DNA of 64,000 nt from the NCBI RefSeq assembly GCF_001949145.1, contig NW_019091355.1, positions 990,083 through 1,054,082 of the forward strand, written 5' to 3'. Origin of the DNA: Acanthaster planci. Its lineage: Eukaryota. A program made the translations under genes and the position numbers. This document shows, piece by piece, positions 23,497 through 37,318 of the stretch. The notes below the pieces were generated by a model, which was not told where the DNA came from, did no database searches, and worked only from the letters and a program-made list of their open reading frames with translations. Within the stretch, counting starts at the first letter, position 1; each line of letters opens with the position of its first letter.

Positions 23497-26400
23497 TCAA
23501 GATAATCTTCTAAACTCATCATATTTGTCGCATGATGTCAAAGTCATCCGCATGGCTCTCTCGTGCATTTTTTTGTCGCCGAAATATCGGGCTCGCTGCA
23601 TCGCTGCTTCCTCTGCAGAATAAACGAGGAGAATGACAAAGTGAATGACCCCCTCGTTGTTTCTTTTACAATAATGAGACTAACGCTTAACCAGTCTGCA
23701 CTGGAGGCTATGTGAACACAATCGGAAAATCTATTTTTTATAGGGACTACAGACCGGTGAAACTGTCCACCCTTCCTTGAGCCTCTGACGGTAGATGTAC
23801 ATTCACTCTGAGTTTTCCAACCGTTTTGTATATACACACACAATTGGAAATCTATGGAGATGGACTGAACATTGAACTTCAACTTGACACCTGTACATTG
23901 CTTGAATTGCAGTAAATATTGCCAGGACCTCAAAACTGTTTGTAGGTTGCAGTGAGAAGTATTCCATAAATACTGTATGAATGACTTTCAAGAGTCCATA
24001 TCCATGGCATTTGGAATGTATCTTGGCCAATTTATCTTGCATTTTTCAAAAAGCCGTGTTTTCAGCCCAAAAGAACCCAGCAAGTGTTAAAGTTATTTGT
24101 ATTTCCAACTTTCAACCAAAGATGACAAACAATATACAGCAGTGAATTAAAAACAGGTACAAGTAGCCATTATGACAAAATGATTTGGGTTTGTGCACTT
24201 ACTGTTTAATCTTTCTCGGTAACAGTTACTCCGTAAATTATCTACATAGTCCTCTTCAACCCGTTTGTCAATGAGATGTATACGTCCAGAATACTCCTTG
24301 TTAAACGAATTCTGAAAAGGCAAATGTAAAACAAAAAACTGAACCATTCCGAAAGCGTAGGAATTTGTACCTCTGTATCACACAGCAATTCTTAACTCAC
24401 ACAGAAGTTCCAAGATAAAAAAGAACAGGTAAACACTCTTGTTTGGACAATACAACGCTAGGAATGTAACTAAACAAGGTGTTGTTTTTAGCAGACTGAC
24501 TCACCTTAACAAAATACTTAATTTTATTTTCATGAGTAGTTCTTTCGTGTACGAATGATCTGGAAGAGATAAAGAAAGTAAATTATCCACAATGGGCTGT
24601 AAAATGCAGAGGTGTTGTTGTGAGATTACAGCGAACTCTTGTGCGTGAATTAACTGGGATGTTTCAGAGGATTTCAGGGAGGTCAGGCTGTACGGCCACC
24701 ATGCATGGCTGATTTGGAAGGATGTATTGCGTTACTTTTTGTGGTGAACTTTTGCTTGCCTGCGCTCAGTCATGTATAAATATTAACCTTGATTGCACTG
24801 GAAATAATCTTTACTGCTCAAGGATATCACTCATGCTGCATCAACATGCTGGCAAGAAATGCCGAAGGATTTTGAAGGATTGAGGCAGTGGTCACGTCTC
24901 CAAGTAAGACACAATTTGAAGAGTTGAGGCAGTGTCCAACAATTTACTTGACGGCAGGTGGAGAATTCTAAAGGTATGAGGTTACCTCCTAGCAAAATGG
25001 GGCTAGGGTTTTGGGTTAAGGGTTTCAGCTTGTTAGGTGGACGTGCGCTCCAATGCATTGGAATGTAACGCCTCATTGCACATGACATTGTTTCTCATGC
25101 TGAGAGGAGAGCCAGTCTACTCACCCTGTCCTGGAGAGACTATATGCAGGCTCTTGAATAAATGCCGTGGATAGAAGAGATATGATGACCAGCATAAAGA
25201 TCGGCAGAAGCTGAAGAAGAAATGTGTATCGTGCCTACGCAGAACAGATGACAAAAATATATATACACTTTCAAAGACTGAGATCACAGAGCCACATAGC
25301 TCAGTTGGTCTAGTGTTATGTGATGCTCGGCGGGTCAAAGGTAAAGAATGCCTGTTCAACTAAATGGATTTAAAACAGGGGCTTAGTCCAAGTTCAGTCC
25401 CAGGCCAAAGTCTGAAATTGGCACTACTCTCTCTATATGCGGCTCCAAAGCACCCTCTCGAGCAAGTGCAGAGAGCAGGTGGGGATACACGAACTGACCT
25501 CCTCTTGGGATTGGTGCTGGCGTGGATGGTGGGTGCGGTAGTGCCTCCGTTGTCTGGCAATGTCACCCTGTGGGAACCCACCCCCAAAGAACATGTTGAA
25601 CAGATCCTCCGGGGAAAAATCGTCATCTGCTGGCAAAAACACCACAATAAATACCAGAGCACGAATCCCCTAACCCCCTAGGCTCTTGCACAAGGGAGCA
25701 TACTGAACCAAACAAAATCCAACAGGTGCATGTACTTGTCTATGTACTTGTACATGCAGGGTGGTGTACCAAACCTGATAAACTCCAACAGAATGAGCCC
25801 GTTGGAGTTTGAGTGATATGGTATGGATGAGTCTATGCAGTATAGGATGACTTGCACTGAACAGTACCAAACCTGATGAAATCAAGCATCGTCCAACAAT
25901 TGGTACAGCAAGCCAAACACTGCACACAATGAACCCTATATGTCCCAACTCACACAGAATCCAACACCATCTCCCGGGGCCTTTGATACCAAGTCTCACA
26001 AACTTCAACAAGTTCATCAGGTATGATACCAAACCTGCCAAAACCTAGCAAAAGTTGCTGTTGAAATTTGATGGATACTGGGCAGTTAAGGTAAATGAGG
26101 TCACACAAAAACATTCAACATTATTTGCCTTCCCCCCCCCGATAAGTTCAGCCCTTAATAATGCTTAGCAAGTTATAAACTATGCAAAAATCTGCGTGGC
26201 ACCAGCCAAGCCATGACTTTTGGGCTGGTAACCTGTGTTTGCTAATCAAGTATTATCTGTAGTTGGCTAACTTATGACAATGGTCCCCGTTTGTTGAGTT
26301 TAGTGTGGTTCCCTGACTCTTACCATCAAATCCCCTGGTCTCGTAATAGAAGCCTCCATGGTGATGGTGATGATGCCGTCGCCGTCTCACATTACTGACC

Positions 26401-29400
26401 TCTGGCGATTCATCCCCGAACATGTCATATCTCTTCCTTTTTTCTGCATCACTCAGGACAGAAAATGCTTTTCCAATTGCTGTCAGAAAAAAAAGGAAAA
26501 CTTATGGTGTAAAATTCAATGTAAAAAAACGGTGGAGTTGAATTTGAACTTTGCTGGTAAGGAATTAGATTGTTTAACACAGGAATTAGATTGCTTGATA
26601 CAGGGCTACGGAATCTTTTATAAAATCAGTTGTCAACTTTGTGCTTCACATATTTTATTCTTCCATCCACAGTTGTTTCTCAAAGCTATACACAGAGTTT
26701 ATTTCAGAGTTAATTCAAAAGGAACGTTCAACATAGAACATATTTTTTTTGCAAAAATTCTGACAACTTGTGTAAATTGCTGAATTTCAAGAAGTGTGAA
26801 AATTGCAATCAGTCAATTTCTTTCTGGGGGGGATTTCACACAAAATATTGTCAGACAAGTAAAGACTCTTCTCAGCCTTGTATGTCCGGGAGGGCTTGAT
26901 GCAAGAAATTTGACCAACTAGCAAAAACCTCAACAAAACAGTGTGATGTCCCTGTTACATCCACAGCCTCTTTAAATTGTTTCACAAACTCCCAGGCGAC
27001 CACCCTTTGGAATTCCTGGGGAAAACGACATCACTACCTACCCTTAAAAGCTTCCCCAGCACCAGGGGCATGGTTTTTGTCTGGGTGGAATTGGAGTGCC
27101 AGTTTCCTGTAGGCCTTTTTGATGTCAGCTTCATTGGCATCTTTGGGTATTCCTAGTATTTCATAGAAGTCTTTGCATTTCTTTATTCTGTTAGGAGAGA
27201 CCAAAGTGACGAGACAACCATTTTAAACCACTTATCGGCAGTAGTCACAATGAACTGGCCCCAAGCACTGTACTATTTTTTTGGCTGAAAATCGTTACTT
27301 TATAAACAAGAAGATACAATAGCAACTTTTCCAAACTGAGTTGGGTACACTGACTCCAGAGCCTGCTGTGTGTTGCTCTTTGGTGGAGCTCCAAATTGGT
27401 GCACTTTGATGTTTTTCCTGACTTTGTGACTCTGTTGTACAAAACATTACTCTTGACAAGTTTCAAACTCAATGTGGAATTTTGTTTCCTCTTTGTACAT
27501 TACGAAAAAAAGATCTTGCTAGAACTTTAATGGCGTGAAATCAAGTCCCTGAAACTTTTACAAATGTCTCTAAATTAAAGAATGATCAGATGATGAACAG
27601 GCATATTTGAAACAGAACCAAGCTTCCTTTTCTGCAGATTCTGGGGTTCCATTATGGTTACCATTTACCAAAGTACCAGGAAGAGGTCAAAGTGCACCTT
27701 GTTACGATGCATGCTGCATGGTAGGGGACCTAATTTGTAAGGGTGGTTCACCTGTTGACTCCTTTCAGCTGTTCATCTGTGTAGTTTCGGTTCACACCGC
27801 CGTTGGTCTCTGCGGCCTTCGGCTCTCGTGATGCTGACGAGTGCCTCTGTCTTGGGGATGGCCCGTTGGTGCTCCCCGCGGACGTGTGTTGCCGCTCTCT
27901 GGACTCTGGCTGGTCAGCCGAGTCAGGCTGGTCAGTGGAGTCTGGCTGGTCGGCAGAGTCTGATGAGGATGTGGAACTCTTTTCTTCATGACTGTCAAGA
28001 TGTTGCAAGAGGTCTACTCGGAAACAAGAATTACACGATCATGGCTCAGAAAGTAATGAGACACACGTGCACAGAACCTGGTGCTGATGTGAATCCCGTG
28101 AGTCTTGAAAACATGTTGTGGCAAAGAATGTTGCATCGTGACTCCACTTCAGCACACTCTGTGTATAAAGTCTATGGGGATTCAAGAAAACCTCATGTTT
28201 CACAGTTGCTCTAGATATTGTAGTTTGCACATATGATTGCTGAAATTCATGGCTTTGCCTTGTGAAGTGATAATGGATTTCTTCATTTTTATAAATAATG
28301 AACAAATGGTCGTTTAGGTAGTTTGTTGTTGTTAAGTTGAAACTTGAATGACCCTAGCTGTAGAGAACAAATATCTTTCACTGTACAACTGTACAAGAGA
28401 GGATCAGTGCATATCTGTATCTGAACGTTGCAGACACCAATTCTGGCTTTGATGCAACGGAGAGAGAGGGTATGTGTTGGATCTTGCTACGTAGAGTGAG
28501 GCCTGTGAGCAAGGAGGTTTTGAAACTTCCCGAGTCCCTTTGAACAAAGATGTGGTGGGGGTGACTCCAGTCAATAATTGATCTATTGAAAAAAGGGTTT
28601 TAAGTTTTAAATGTCAGTTGTATCACACAGTGAGTTCCTGAAACTTAACATTGTTAAGAATCTGCATGGCTTTTCTGCAATTTAATGATAATAACAACAG
28701 TTTTTATATAACGCCTTACTAAACTAGCTTAGATCAAAGTGCTTTCCACTTGTATTACCCTTGCTCACTGGGCCCATGAAACATTCTAAATACCATCTCA
28801 GCTCCCTGGGGAGTATACAGCTTGATGCTACCATTTCTGCGCAACGCGGCTCAATCAACCAAAATAAAAATGTGCCCTCACAGGTACCCAATCACTCCTG
28901 GGTGGAGAGAGAGGCAATGAGTGACAAAGTGCCTTGCCCAATGAGCAGACGCACCATGACCCCAGGCTGGATTCAAACCCGCAACCTGCGGCTTCATAAT
29001 GGCTGCTTTACCCGCCAAATACAAATCTGATGCTCTTAACCACAAGTTATTGTAAATAGCGTAATACTGTTGTTTTACAGTAAAAAGATAATCAATGACT
29101 CGCGGTGTCGTGTTGTTGGTAGCTACCAACAACACGACACCGCAAGTCACCGATTATCTTTTTACTGTATTTGTCATCCACCACGGTGATTATGTTTATC
29201 TCTTCTACTGTTGTTTTATTTGCATTTTTGGTCAACAATTTCCACTTTTCAACGAGAAGAAAGCAGGAAAGGATTAAACGCACTGGTGTGGTGGCGCCCT
29301 TCACTTTCATGATAACGTAAAAATTGAACAGGCTTGACGACTGTTCTTACTAGGGCCGAGGCCAGGGCCGTCATGAATAACCTACGGGAAATTAGTCAAT

Positions 29401-29540
29401 ATCTCACCTTTTGCTCGTTGTGACGGATACAGTCTTTGTGCTTTATTCAAGAACCTTCTGGCCTTTTCATAATCTCCTGTCGAAATGCAGTTTTCGGCGA
29501 TTCTGATACACTTTAAACTGTCCTCCCTATTGCCTTCCAT
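23497..29540 (-). CDS. DNAJB12: DnaJ homolog subfamily B member 12/14 (ER-membrane J protein), 405 aa
   Basis: Coding exons, all GT-AG and phase-consistent, 1218 nt total: 29408-29540, 27752-28013, 27042-27187, 26324-26479, 25499-25629, 25125-25234, 24505-24559, 24203-24311, 23497-23612. Protein has MEGNREDS start, J domain with HPD, FFGGGFP G/F motif, TM segment and DUF1977-like C-terminus ([13 protein letters not shown]). AATAAA on minus at 21937-21942. Likely co-ortholog of DNAJB12 and DNAJB14. Confidence 0.95.
28685..29015 (-). mobile_element. tRNA-derived SINE in DNAJB intron 1
   Basis: B-box-like GGTTTGAATCC (28969-28979), then GGGCAAGGCACTT...CTCTCCACCCAGGAGTG..TGGGTACC core-like segment and a LINE-type tail (GCACTTTGA...GCGTTATATAAAA). 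Confidence 0.7.
29076..29169. repeat. 94-bp near-perfect palindrome, probable Tc1/mariner-type MITE relic
   Basis: 47-bp arms, no spacer, 3 mismatches; termini TA-CAGT...ACTG-TA. Confidence 0.9.
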
Positions 29541-30760
29541 GATGGTTTAGTACACGTACGTATTGCGCGAAATGTAATTTGTGCGATGCTGCATCGGTGG
29601 TGTACACCATGTACACATGAATCGTACACACACAGCACTATCCATACGATGACTGGTACTCTTATTGCATTACCAGTGAAAAAAAAAAGGGTTTAGTTAA
29701 TATCATTTCTTGAAAATTAGTAAAATATAATATAGTTACCTGTGTTTATGTTATTTAATTTGTTTAGATGTAATGCATTTTGTAAATTGGATTTTTTTGC
29801 AAAACCGGAAATTATTCGCAGTTGGTAATAAATAAATGAATTGACCTCAGAGACTTTGCCCTTTAACCAGATAGTCTGATATCCATTCTCCCTGAATATC
29901 TACCATGAATAAAAAATAGTAGACTGGTGGCTTCGGTTTCATGCAAATCATCATCATGTGATTTGACATGACCCAGTTGCGGCCGGATTGCTCAACGAAT
30001 GTAAACAACCAAGCTTAGCTAGCTAGCTTAGTGTAGCTAGCTCTAGATCTAGAGAGGCGCAGTGCTTCAGCGTGGCAAGGACGGAGGATCATCATTTCCT
30101 GATGGCTTTCTTCAATTAGAGTGTAAGTTGCTCATCTGATTAGACAGAATCTGTGAAAAAAAATTCAGGATGGTAACTTGAATGGGGGCGCGGTGGGCTG
30201 ATGAGGAACGTGAGCTCACATCATTGAGGAAGCTATGTCTATGATCAGATGATGGTGTGGCAAAAAACATGCAGAAATTTCAGGCAGTGGACGGGGACGG
30301 AATGATGGGGCTCGTGGGTGGGGGCTGCTACAGAGGAGCAGACACTAGTGACATGCATTCTCTCTTGTTTGGATAACCATGTGATTGAATCTGAAGTGAA
30401 TGTTGTGACATTGATTGATTCATGTTTGAGAGAATCACAAAGTGGTAAGTTTCTTTTTTTTTCCCAACCACATCAGTTGAATAATTACATGAATAATAAC
30501 AATAATGTCGTGTATTTACTCTACGTGTGAAGGGCACAAAATTCGGCTTTTGCTGTGGTGGAGCAGTTTTAGAGCTCATTTACCTAACAATACTACTTAA
30601 GCTTGTTAAAGTTTTAGAAGTTTAACTGATTTTTAACAAGTTGTATATTATATTCTCCACTTGTTGACCGTGTCTGTAACAAGTTTTCCATGGAATTGCT
30701 TGACATTGTAACGTTTTGCCTTTTATTACAGGTATGTGAACGCTGATCATAAGAATCAGT

Positions 30761-33700
30761 ATGCAGATGTGTGGAAGTGTTCAGGTTTTTTCATCTAGGC
30801 TTAGCTTTTGGCTCTTCGTTCTCTGTGTACTGGCATCTTTGTGGCAATTCGGTTCATCTAGCAGCTTGCAAAAACTGCCATTCCGGGTCTCAGGCCAGGT
30901 GCAAGATTTTCTGGGCTTCCAGAAGAGCGAAGATGCAAAGCACGCCTCCAAGAGTGATCGGATCGATAAACTTTTCAACGTGCTCCCGGGTGTCCTGAGA
31001 GCTTACGGATATCCCAATGTTGAGGAGAAGTTGGAAAGGCTCCGTTGCCACTTTGATGCCGTCAATAAAACAGGATTGGGGCATGATCCCGACATCAAGT
31101 ATAATGTGGTGGGTAAAGGTATCAGACTCAGAATGCTATTCCAGGTACCAGTTAACTAGGCAGCTTAGAATCTGTGGGGCTAGCTCATAGTTGTTACTCA
31201 TTTTTAAGGATGGAGATCACAGTTTGTGATGAAGTTATTTAAAAAAAACATTTCAAAAAGAGCTTGTGTTTAATTTGGATTAGGTTTTGTCACTTCTTTA
31301 AGTATATCAGACTAGCACATAGGCATGATGGTCTATGAAATGTTCTCTGGCCTTCAATAAACTGATAAGATTATTTGCATTCAGGTCTCAACCAAGCAAA
31401 GATTAAACCGAAAGGTCAAGCTAAGTTATAAACTTTATCAGCTCAGGCCCACAATGCAACTAGCTTGCCACTTGGACTTCAGCAGAACAAAACATTCTTT
31501 CATGGAGTAGATGGTTAAATTGATTTTATGACTTTGTAAATTAAATTTTATTATTATATTCTCTTGTTTGAAAATGTTGGTTTGGATGGAGCATTTTTCA
31601 TACCCAAAAATGTTTCTTTGGCATATCTGAAAAAAAAATGTGTTCCACAAGTCTGAAAAATGAGTCATAGACTTTTCAGTGATTTTGTCGCTGTCTTTGC
31701 AAGCTCATGGCATTTTCAGATAAACAACATATTCAAAATGTTTATATTGGCTCTATTTTATCTCGGGCTGTAAAAAATTTGATCAGTAAACAGTCACATA
31801 GCATGTTAGTTTGGCAAGCAATAACCTTTGGAATAAGTTCACAAAGAACAATGTAACCGTGTAGCTTTTTTTGTTTACACAAAGCCAGAATGAGCCAACA
31901 TCATCCGATTGGTCAGTCTTGATCACATGTTAATCAATTATTTGTTTGCAAGGCCCTGATGCAAAAAATAGACTCGACAGGACCCTCAGGATTATTCAGG
32001 AAACTTAATGGCTAAAACTAAGATTCTGATTTCTGATTTGATTGTAGAGTGGCCTCATCGCTAGCCATGGATATCCGGTAGAGGAGCATGAGGTTCATAC
32101 AGCAGATGGGTTTATATTGACGCTTCATCGCATACCGTATGGTGTCAAAAACAGCAGCAAAGGTGATGGATGATAAACCATTCATTAACTTTGAGCAATG
32201 ATACTGGCCGATTTATCTTTTTGCAAACGGACCAGGTGTTGTTGCCTTCAACAGAGGAATCCTGACAACTGAATTCATCTTTGAATGAAATCTCTTTGAA
32301 TTGAATAGGTTACTTCTTTGGATAGATGCACTGATGATTGCGTGCATAAGGAGAGTTCTGTTAGGGGTTAGGAAGCATGCAGAGAAAGTATCATGCTCGT
32401 CCTGTTACTCTTTGTAGGAATGCTCCACCTTGCGATCATCTGAATGATTTTGACAGCACCCTATCTTTCCTGTCCAAGGTCCCAGGGAGGTCGCCTTCCT
32501 CCAGCACGGCTTGCTGGCTGCTGCATCCAACTGGGTCACCAATCAGCCCAACCAGAGCCTAGGCTACCTCCTGGCAGATGCCGGCTATGATGTGTGGATG
32601 GGCAACTCACGCGGCAACACCTACAGCAAGAAGCATGAGACCCTCAAACCTGACCAGCGAAAATTCTGGGAGTGGACGTGAGTTGGTCCCTTCACAAGGC
32701 CCGACTCTCAAGTCTGGGGAGAATAAACTTTGGAGCAATTATCCTGGGGAACTTATTTGGCTCTGCAGTAAAAAGAAAGAACATTTTAAAGAAATTTCTG
32801 AAAATTTGAGGAAGTGTAAAGACACTTGGGACAAAAGTTGGAAAGATTAGACTAACTTAGATAAGTTTAAATTTAAAGCTAAACTGAATTTAAAAAGGCT
32901 GGGGGCTGGTGGCATTAAGTACAGACCTTTCGGAAGGTTTCGTACCGTTATTTATCCTGCACTTGGATTAAAAAACATCTTTTTTCCCCCACTGAGCATT
33001 TTAAAGAATATTGTTTCAGTTTTTCAAAATGACAACAAATTTCAGTATAATGAGCAATCAACTCCTATGGAGTTCAAATAGGTGAATATTTTCCTTATAT
33101 TTTACATATATTTACATATACTAAATAATTGATCAGGTGGGATGAGATGGCCAAATATGACCTACCAGCCTGCCTGAACTACGCCCTGAACAAGACTGGA
33201 CAGAAAGAGTTGTATTACATCGGCCACTCACAAGGTATTGTGTCTGAGCTAATTGGGCTAGACATATGAGTATGAGGACTAGCAATGTCCTCAGAGGCTC
33301 TGAAATCTTGTTGCATGCTGTGCACATGTTGTTATCTGTTGATTTTATGTTAACTTGTGCCTTTGGCTCTTTGACAGGGACCATGATTGCATTTGCCGAG
33401 TTCTCCCGCAATCAGGAGCTGGCGAAAAAAGTCAAAAAGTTCTTTGCCTTGGGCCCCGTTGCAACAGTGGGGTACATGACATCACCTTTGTTCAAATTTC
33501 TGAGCGAGGACCTGCCTGACAACTTCCTGACAGTGAGTGTAATTGCAGATTTTGTTTTTTAGAAGTAACACAACCACTGATCATGCAATTTCTGAAGACC
33601 ATTTCATTTCCTGGGTCTCCTTGTACTATAGATGTTTCTTTTGTGCGCCACATTTGTGGTCCAGCCCATCTGCCATCTGAAAGGGCTGTAGTCATGTGAC

Positions 33701-35176
33701 ATGAATTCTGTTAAATCCCCTGGTCACACACTGGTTTTACCCTGCGTAACAGCCAAGTATTTTTTATTTCATTGATGTAATAAAACTGAAGACTCCTGTT
33801 GGCTTCCAAATTGAGGAGTTTATGTGCTTGGAGCTCATTTTCATTTTTTCCTATTAAAGTCGTCCAACTTTGTAACCATTCCACCTCAGGAAGTTCTGGC
33901 ATATCTTCACCTTTACGACTTCTTCCCTAGCGATGAGTTCTTCCGTTTCCTCGCGGAGACAGTCTGTAGTGAGCGGGAGACAGTGTTCATCTGTGAGTTT
34001 GCTTTGTCCATGTTTGTTGGCTACAGCAGAGAGCATATGAATGCCAGTCGGATCCCTGTGTATGTGACCAACTGTCCAGCAGGTACATCAGTGTGGAACA
34101 TGGACCATTGGGCCCAGGTAACTAGACTTCAACTGGAAAAGACAATCTTATACATTTCTTTAAAATTGAATGCAGAAAAGAGGCCAGCTTCCAACATTTA
34201 GTAATCTTGAATCTTAAGATTATTAACTCTTTCTGTACAACGTGGGGATATGGCCAACTTGTATTTTTGCTTCAAAACAGCTTAAGGTCTGTTAAGGCCT
34301 GTGGGCTCAGCCAACTGCAACAGTTTGAAATTTGATTTTCTGGTTGTCCAGGAGTCAATTTGTATTGAATGTGACTGACAACTTCTCAAGCTGAAAAAAA
34401 GGAAAAACAGACAGAAGGCAGTAAGAAATGGATTTTGGAAAATTCGGAGACACAGGGGTTTATAGAACCTTTAAACTGTCACCGAAATGATTTTTGTGTC
34501 TTTGTTTCAGATGGTGACGTCTAAAAAGTGCTGCATGTATAATTTTGGTCCGAAAGGCAACATGAAACATTACAATCAGGTTTGTTGATTTGTCTTGCTG
34601 GATGGATTGATAGAAAACAACCCAGTTCACAAAAAAGAATGGGAATATAAGCAACAAACAACCATTGAAGCATAAGGATTGATGAGCACATTGGTAGTGT
34701 GTGGAAGAGTTATGGCCTTTGTTTTTGCTGTTAATAACTGCACAGTGTGATCTTTTAGTGGCAGAATGGATTGCCAATGAGAAATTTTATTACAGTGAGA
34801 TTATATCTTGCCATAGATACCAAAAATTGGTATGGCAATTCAGAACCAACAGAATCTAGCTCCAGCAAGTCATCATTGCACAAGTATTAGAGGAAAAAAT
34901 GTGTGACGCAAAGGAAGTGCCCTCTCTAAACCTGCCCTCCTGTTTTTCATGCAGACCACACCCCCAGAGTACAAGATCGAGAACATGGAGACACCCACGG
35001 CACTCTTCTACGGTGGCCTTGACACTTTGGCAGATCTCAAGGATGTTAGTCTACTTATACCGAAGATTAAGCACCTATTCTACAATAAGGAAATCCCAAC
35101 CTATGGCCATCTAGATTTTATATGGGCCATTGATGCCCAGAGCTTTTGTTACAAGGATATATTGGGTCTTATGTGA
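30761..35176 (+). CDS. LIPA: Acid lipase (lysosomal acid lipase / gastric lipase family), 477 aa
   Basis: Coding exons, 1434 nt total: 30761-31108, 32048-32162, 32479-32677, 33137-33234, 33378-33532, 33890-34117, 34511-34579, 34955-35176. Motifs [49 protein letters not shown], catalytic GHSQG, DTLA, GHLDF. Non-coding exon donor(s) at 30123 and possibly 30445; AATAAA at 37095-37100. Symbol is family-level only. Confidence 0.94.
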
Positions 35177-37318
35177 AGGCCCCCTAGACTAGAAAGTTTC
35201 CATTTTCTAGTCAGTACACCTCTAGCGTCAGGCTTTAGGTGTTAGTGCCCGATGACCAGGCCAATTGTTTTTCCAAAATCTGTCGACTGATAGCAATCCT
35301 ACAATTTTTTTTTCAATGGTTTCTTTGTATGGGGCACTATAGCTTCTATATTCTACCCATTACAAACTGTACACGTATGTATTCTTGTGTAAGAAGTATA
35401 TGCACTGTTCCCTTTTGTTTGTGCAAGTCATTGATCTCAAAAGAGGCCAAAGTTTGCATATCAGTAAATAGCAACTCGGAGATCATGCAAGAAAAAAATA
35501 GACACTTAATTGGGGAGCCTTCTGTTCTAAATTGCTACTTGTCAATGCAACGTAAAACTGAGATTATTTTGAAATCATTGACTCTTTGGAGATAGAGTTG
35601 TTACTTTATGTGCAGATAATATTCCTAGTAAACCTGTACTTGAGATTTGTTTTACCAATAACCATGTTTTTGAAAGCCATTATGGCCTAGACTTATCAGT
35701 TTGTTTAAAACCAGACTTTGGTCGGCCCAAAATTTGCTGTTTTTGAATAAAACCTGTCTGAATGTTTGAATCTTTCTGTAATTTCTGTAACCGATATCTA
35801 CGACACAGACACTTTGGCCCAGAAATTACAACCTTTATGAAAGTAACTTGAAGACTTGCCACATCTTAGCCAAAAATGGGCAAAGTCTGTTCTGTTTTAA
35901 GCCATTAGCATGCAATCAGTTTTGTGGGATCACAACCTTTAACTTTGATATAAACTTATCTTAAACATACTGTAGCGGTGAGAAAATTGCGTCATTGCTT
36001 CCTGAAGACTTTTGGGGAAGATTTTATAATCAAGTGATATAGATCTGTGGACAACTTTTACCGTGAGATAATCGGACATTTTTCATGTTTCTTATTCGTA
36101 ATCGAGTAGAGCAATAAGGATTTTGTGACCAAACTAACCAAATACATGTATTTAATCTATTGCCATTCCCACACATACCTGCTCTTGGGTGATATAATTT
36201 GTATGCATTAATTATTCGTTAATTTTAGTGCTTCTCCAAGACTAATTGCACTGTGCTATGACTAATGGGCTATTGCAGGAATCCCCAACTGGCTCCGCCC
36301 AGTATTTTATTCTACAAAAGTACAAGCATCAGCGGTGTGTGATTTTTACAACCAAAATCTTCTTTGGATCAGGTCACAGGGACGTCTCAGATGGATCTTA
36401 TTTTGCTTATACACGTATTGTAATTGTGTTATTTATGGTTTTAGTCGTTCCAAGCTGTGATTTGTATATTTGGCTTTCTGTTATCACTCGTGTTGGTGCA
36501 AATATCTTTCCTCAAATTTAAAAAACCTAGAAATCGTCAACACTGTCAATGATCTTGCAGTTGTTTTGCAAACCAATTTTGCAGCTGATTGGGTGAATTT
36601 TAATGATTAATCATACTCTAATTTGAAATAAAATAATGGTTTAATTTTTATGTCCCAATGTATTGTTTTCTGCATCGAGCAGGGGCTAAACGTTTTTTGT
36701 AGTGTTAATGTCACTCGGGAATTTCAAGATATCTTTAGAAAAGATTTCATTTTGTTAACGTTCCCTGAAAGTTGTTCTGTCCATGTAAATTCTAAACGTG
36801 TACCTGTGTACAGTCAAACACAGAGAAGAGCAGTGTTAATACATGAGGGGTATAACAAGGACAATGTTTGGGTCTAAGGTAGTTGATTTTCTTTGTTTTC
36901 TATTTCTGATAATACAAGGCAAGTATTATAACAAGGTAATTTGTGAAGTCCCAAGGCCCTTGTTTTAAGAGCTTTCCCACAGTAAATCCTTCATTTCATG
37001 CAACTAACGTGTACAGCAAAATTATGCAGTGTTTTGCCTTTAAAATTGTGCATTTTTTCCATGAGTGACTTTTTTGTAATTGTATTTCGGTTTGAATAAA
37101 AACTGCAATGCTTCGAACACTAGTCGTTTCAGTTTCAATAGGACTGAAAATCGAAGGGAAAATGTCACATGAAGTTTAGCTTGGTGGAATCTGCATCCTG
37201 GTGATTTAAATTCAGATTCCTTGCACCTAGTCTTCCTGGCAACACTGAGGCTATTGGGTTAAAAACGAACAAGGTTAACAAAATGTAGGAGGGTAACGCC
37301 TTCCGTAGAAAGCTATCT

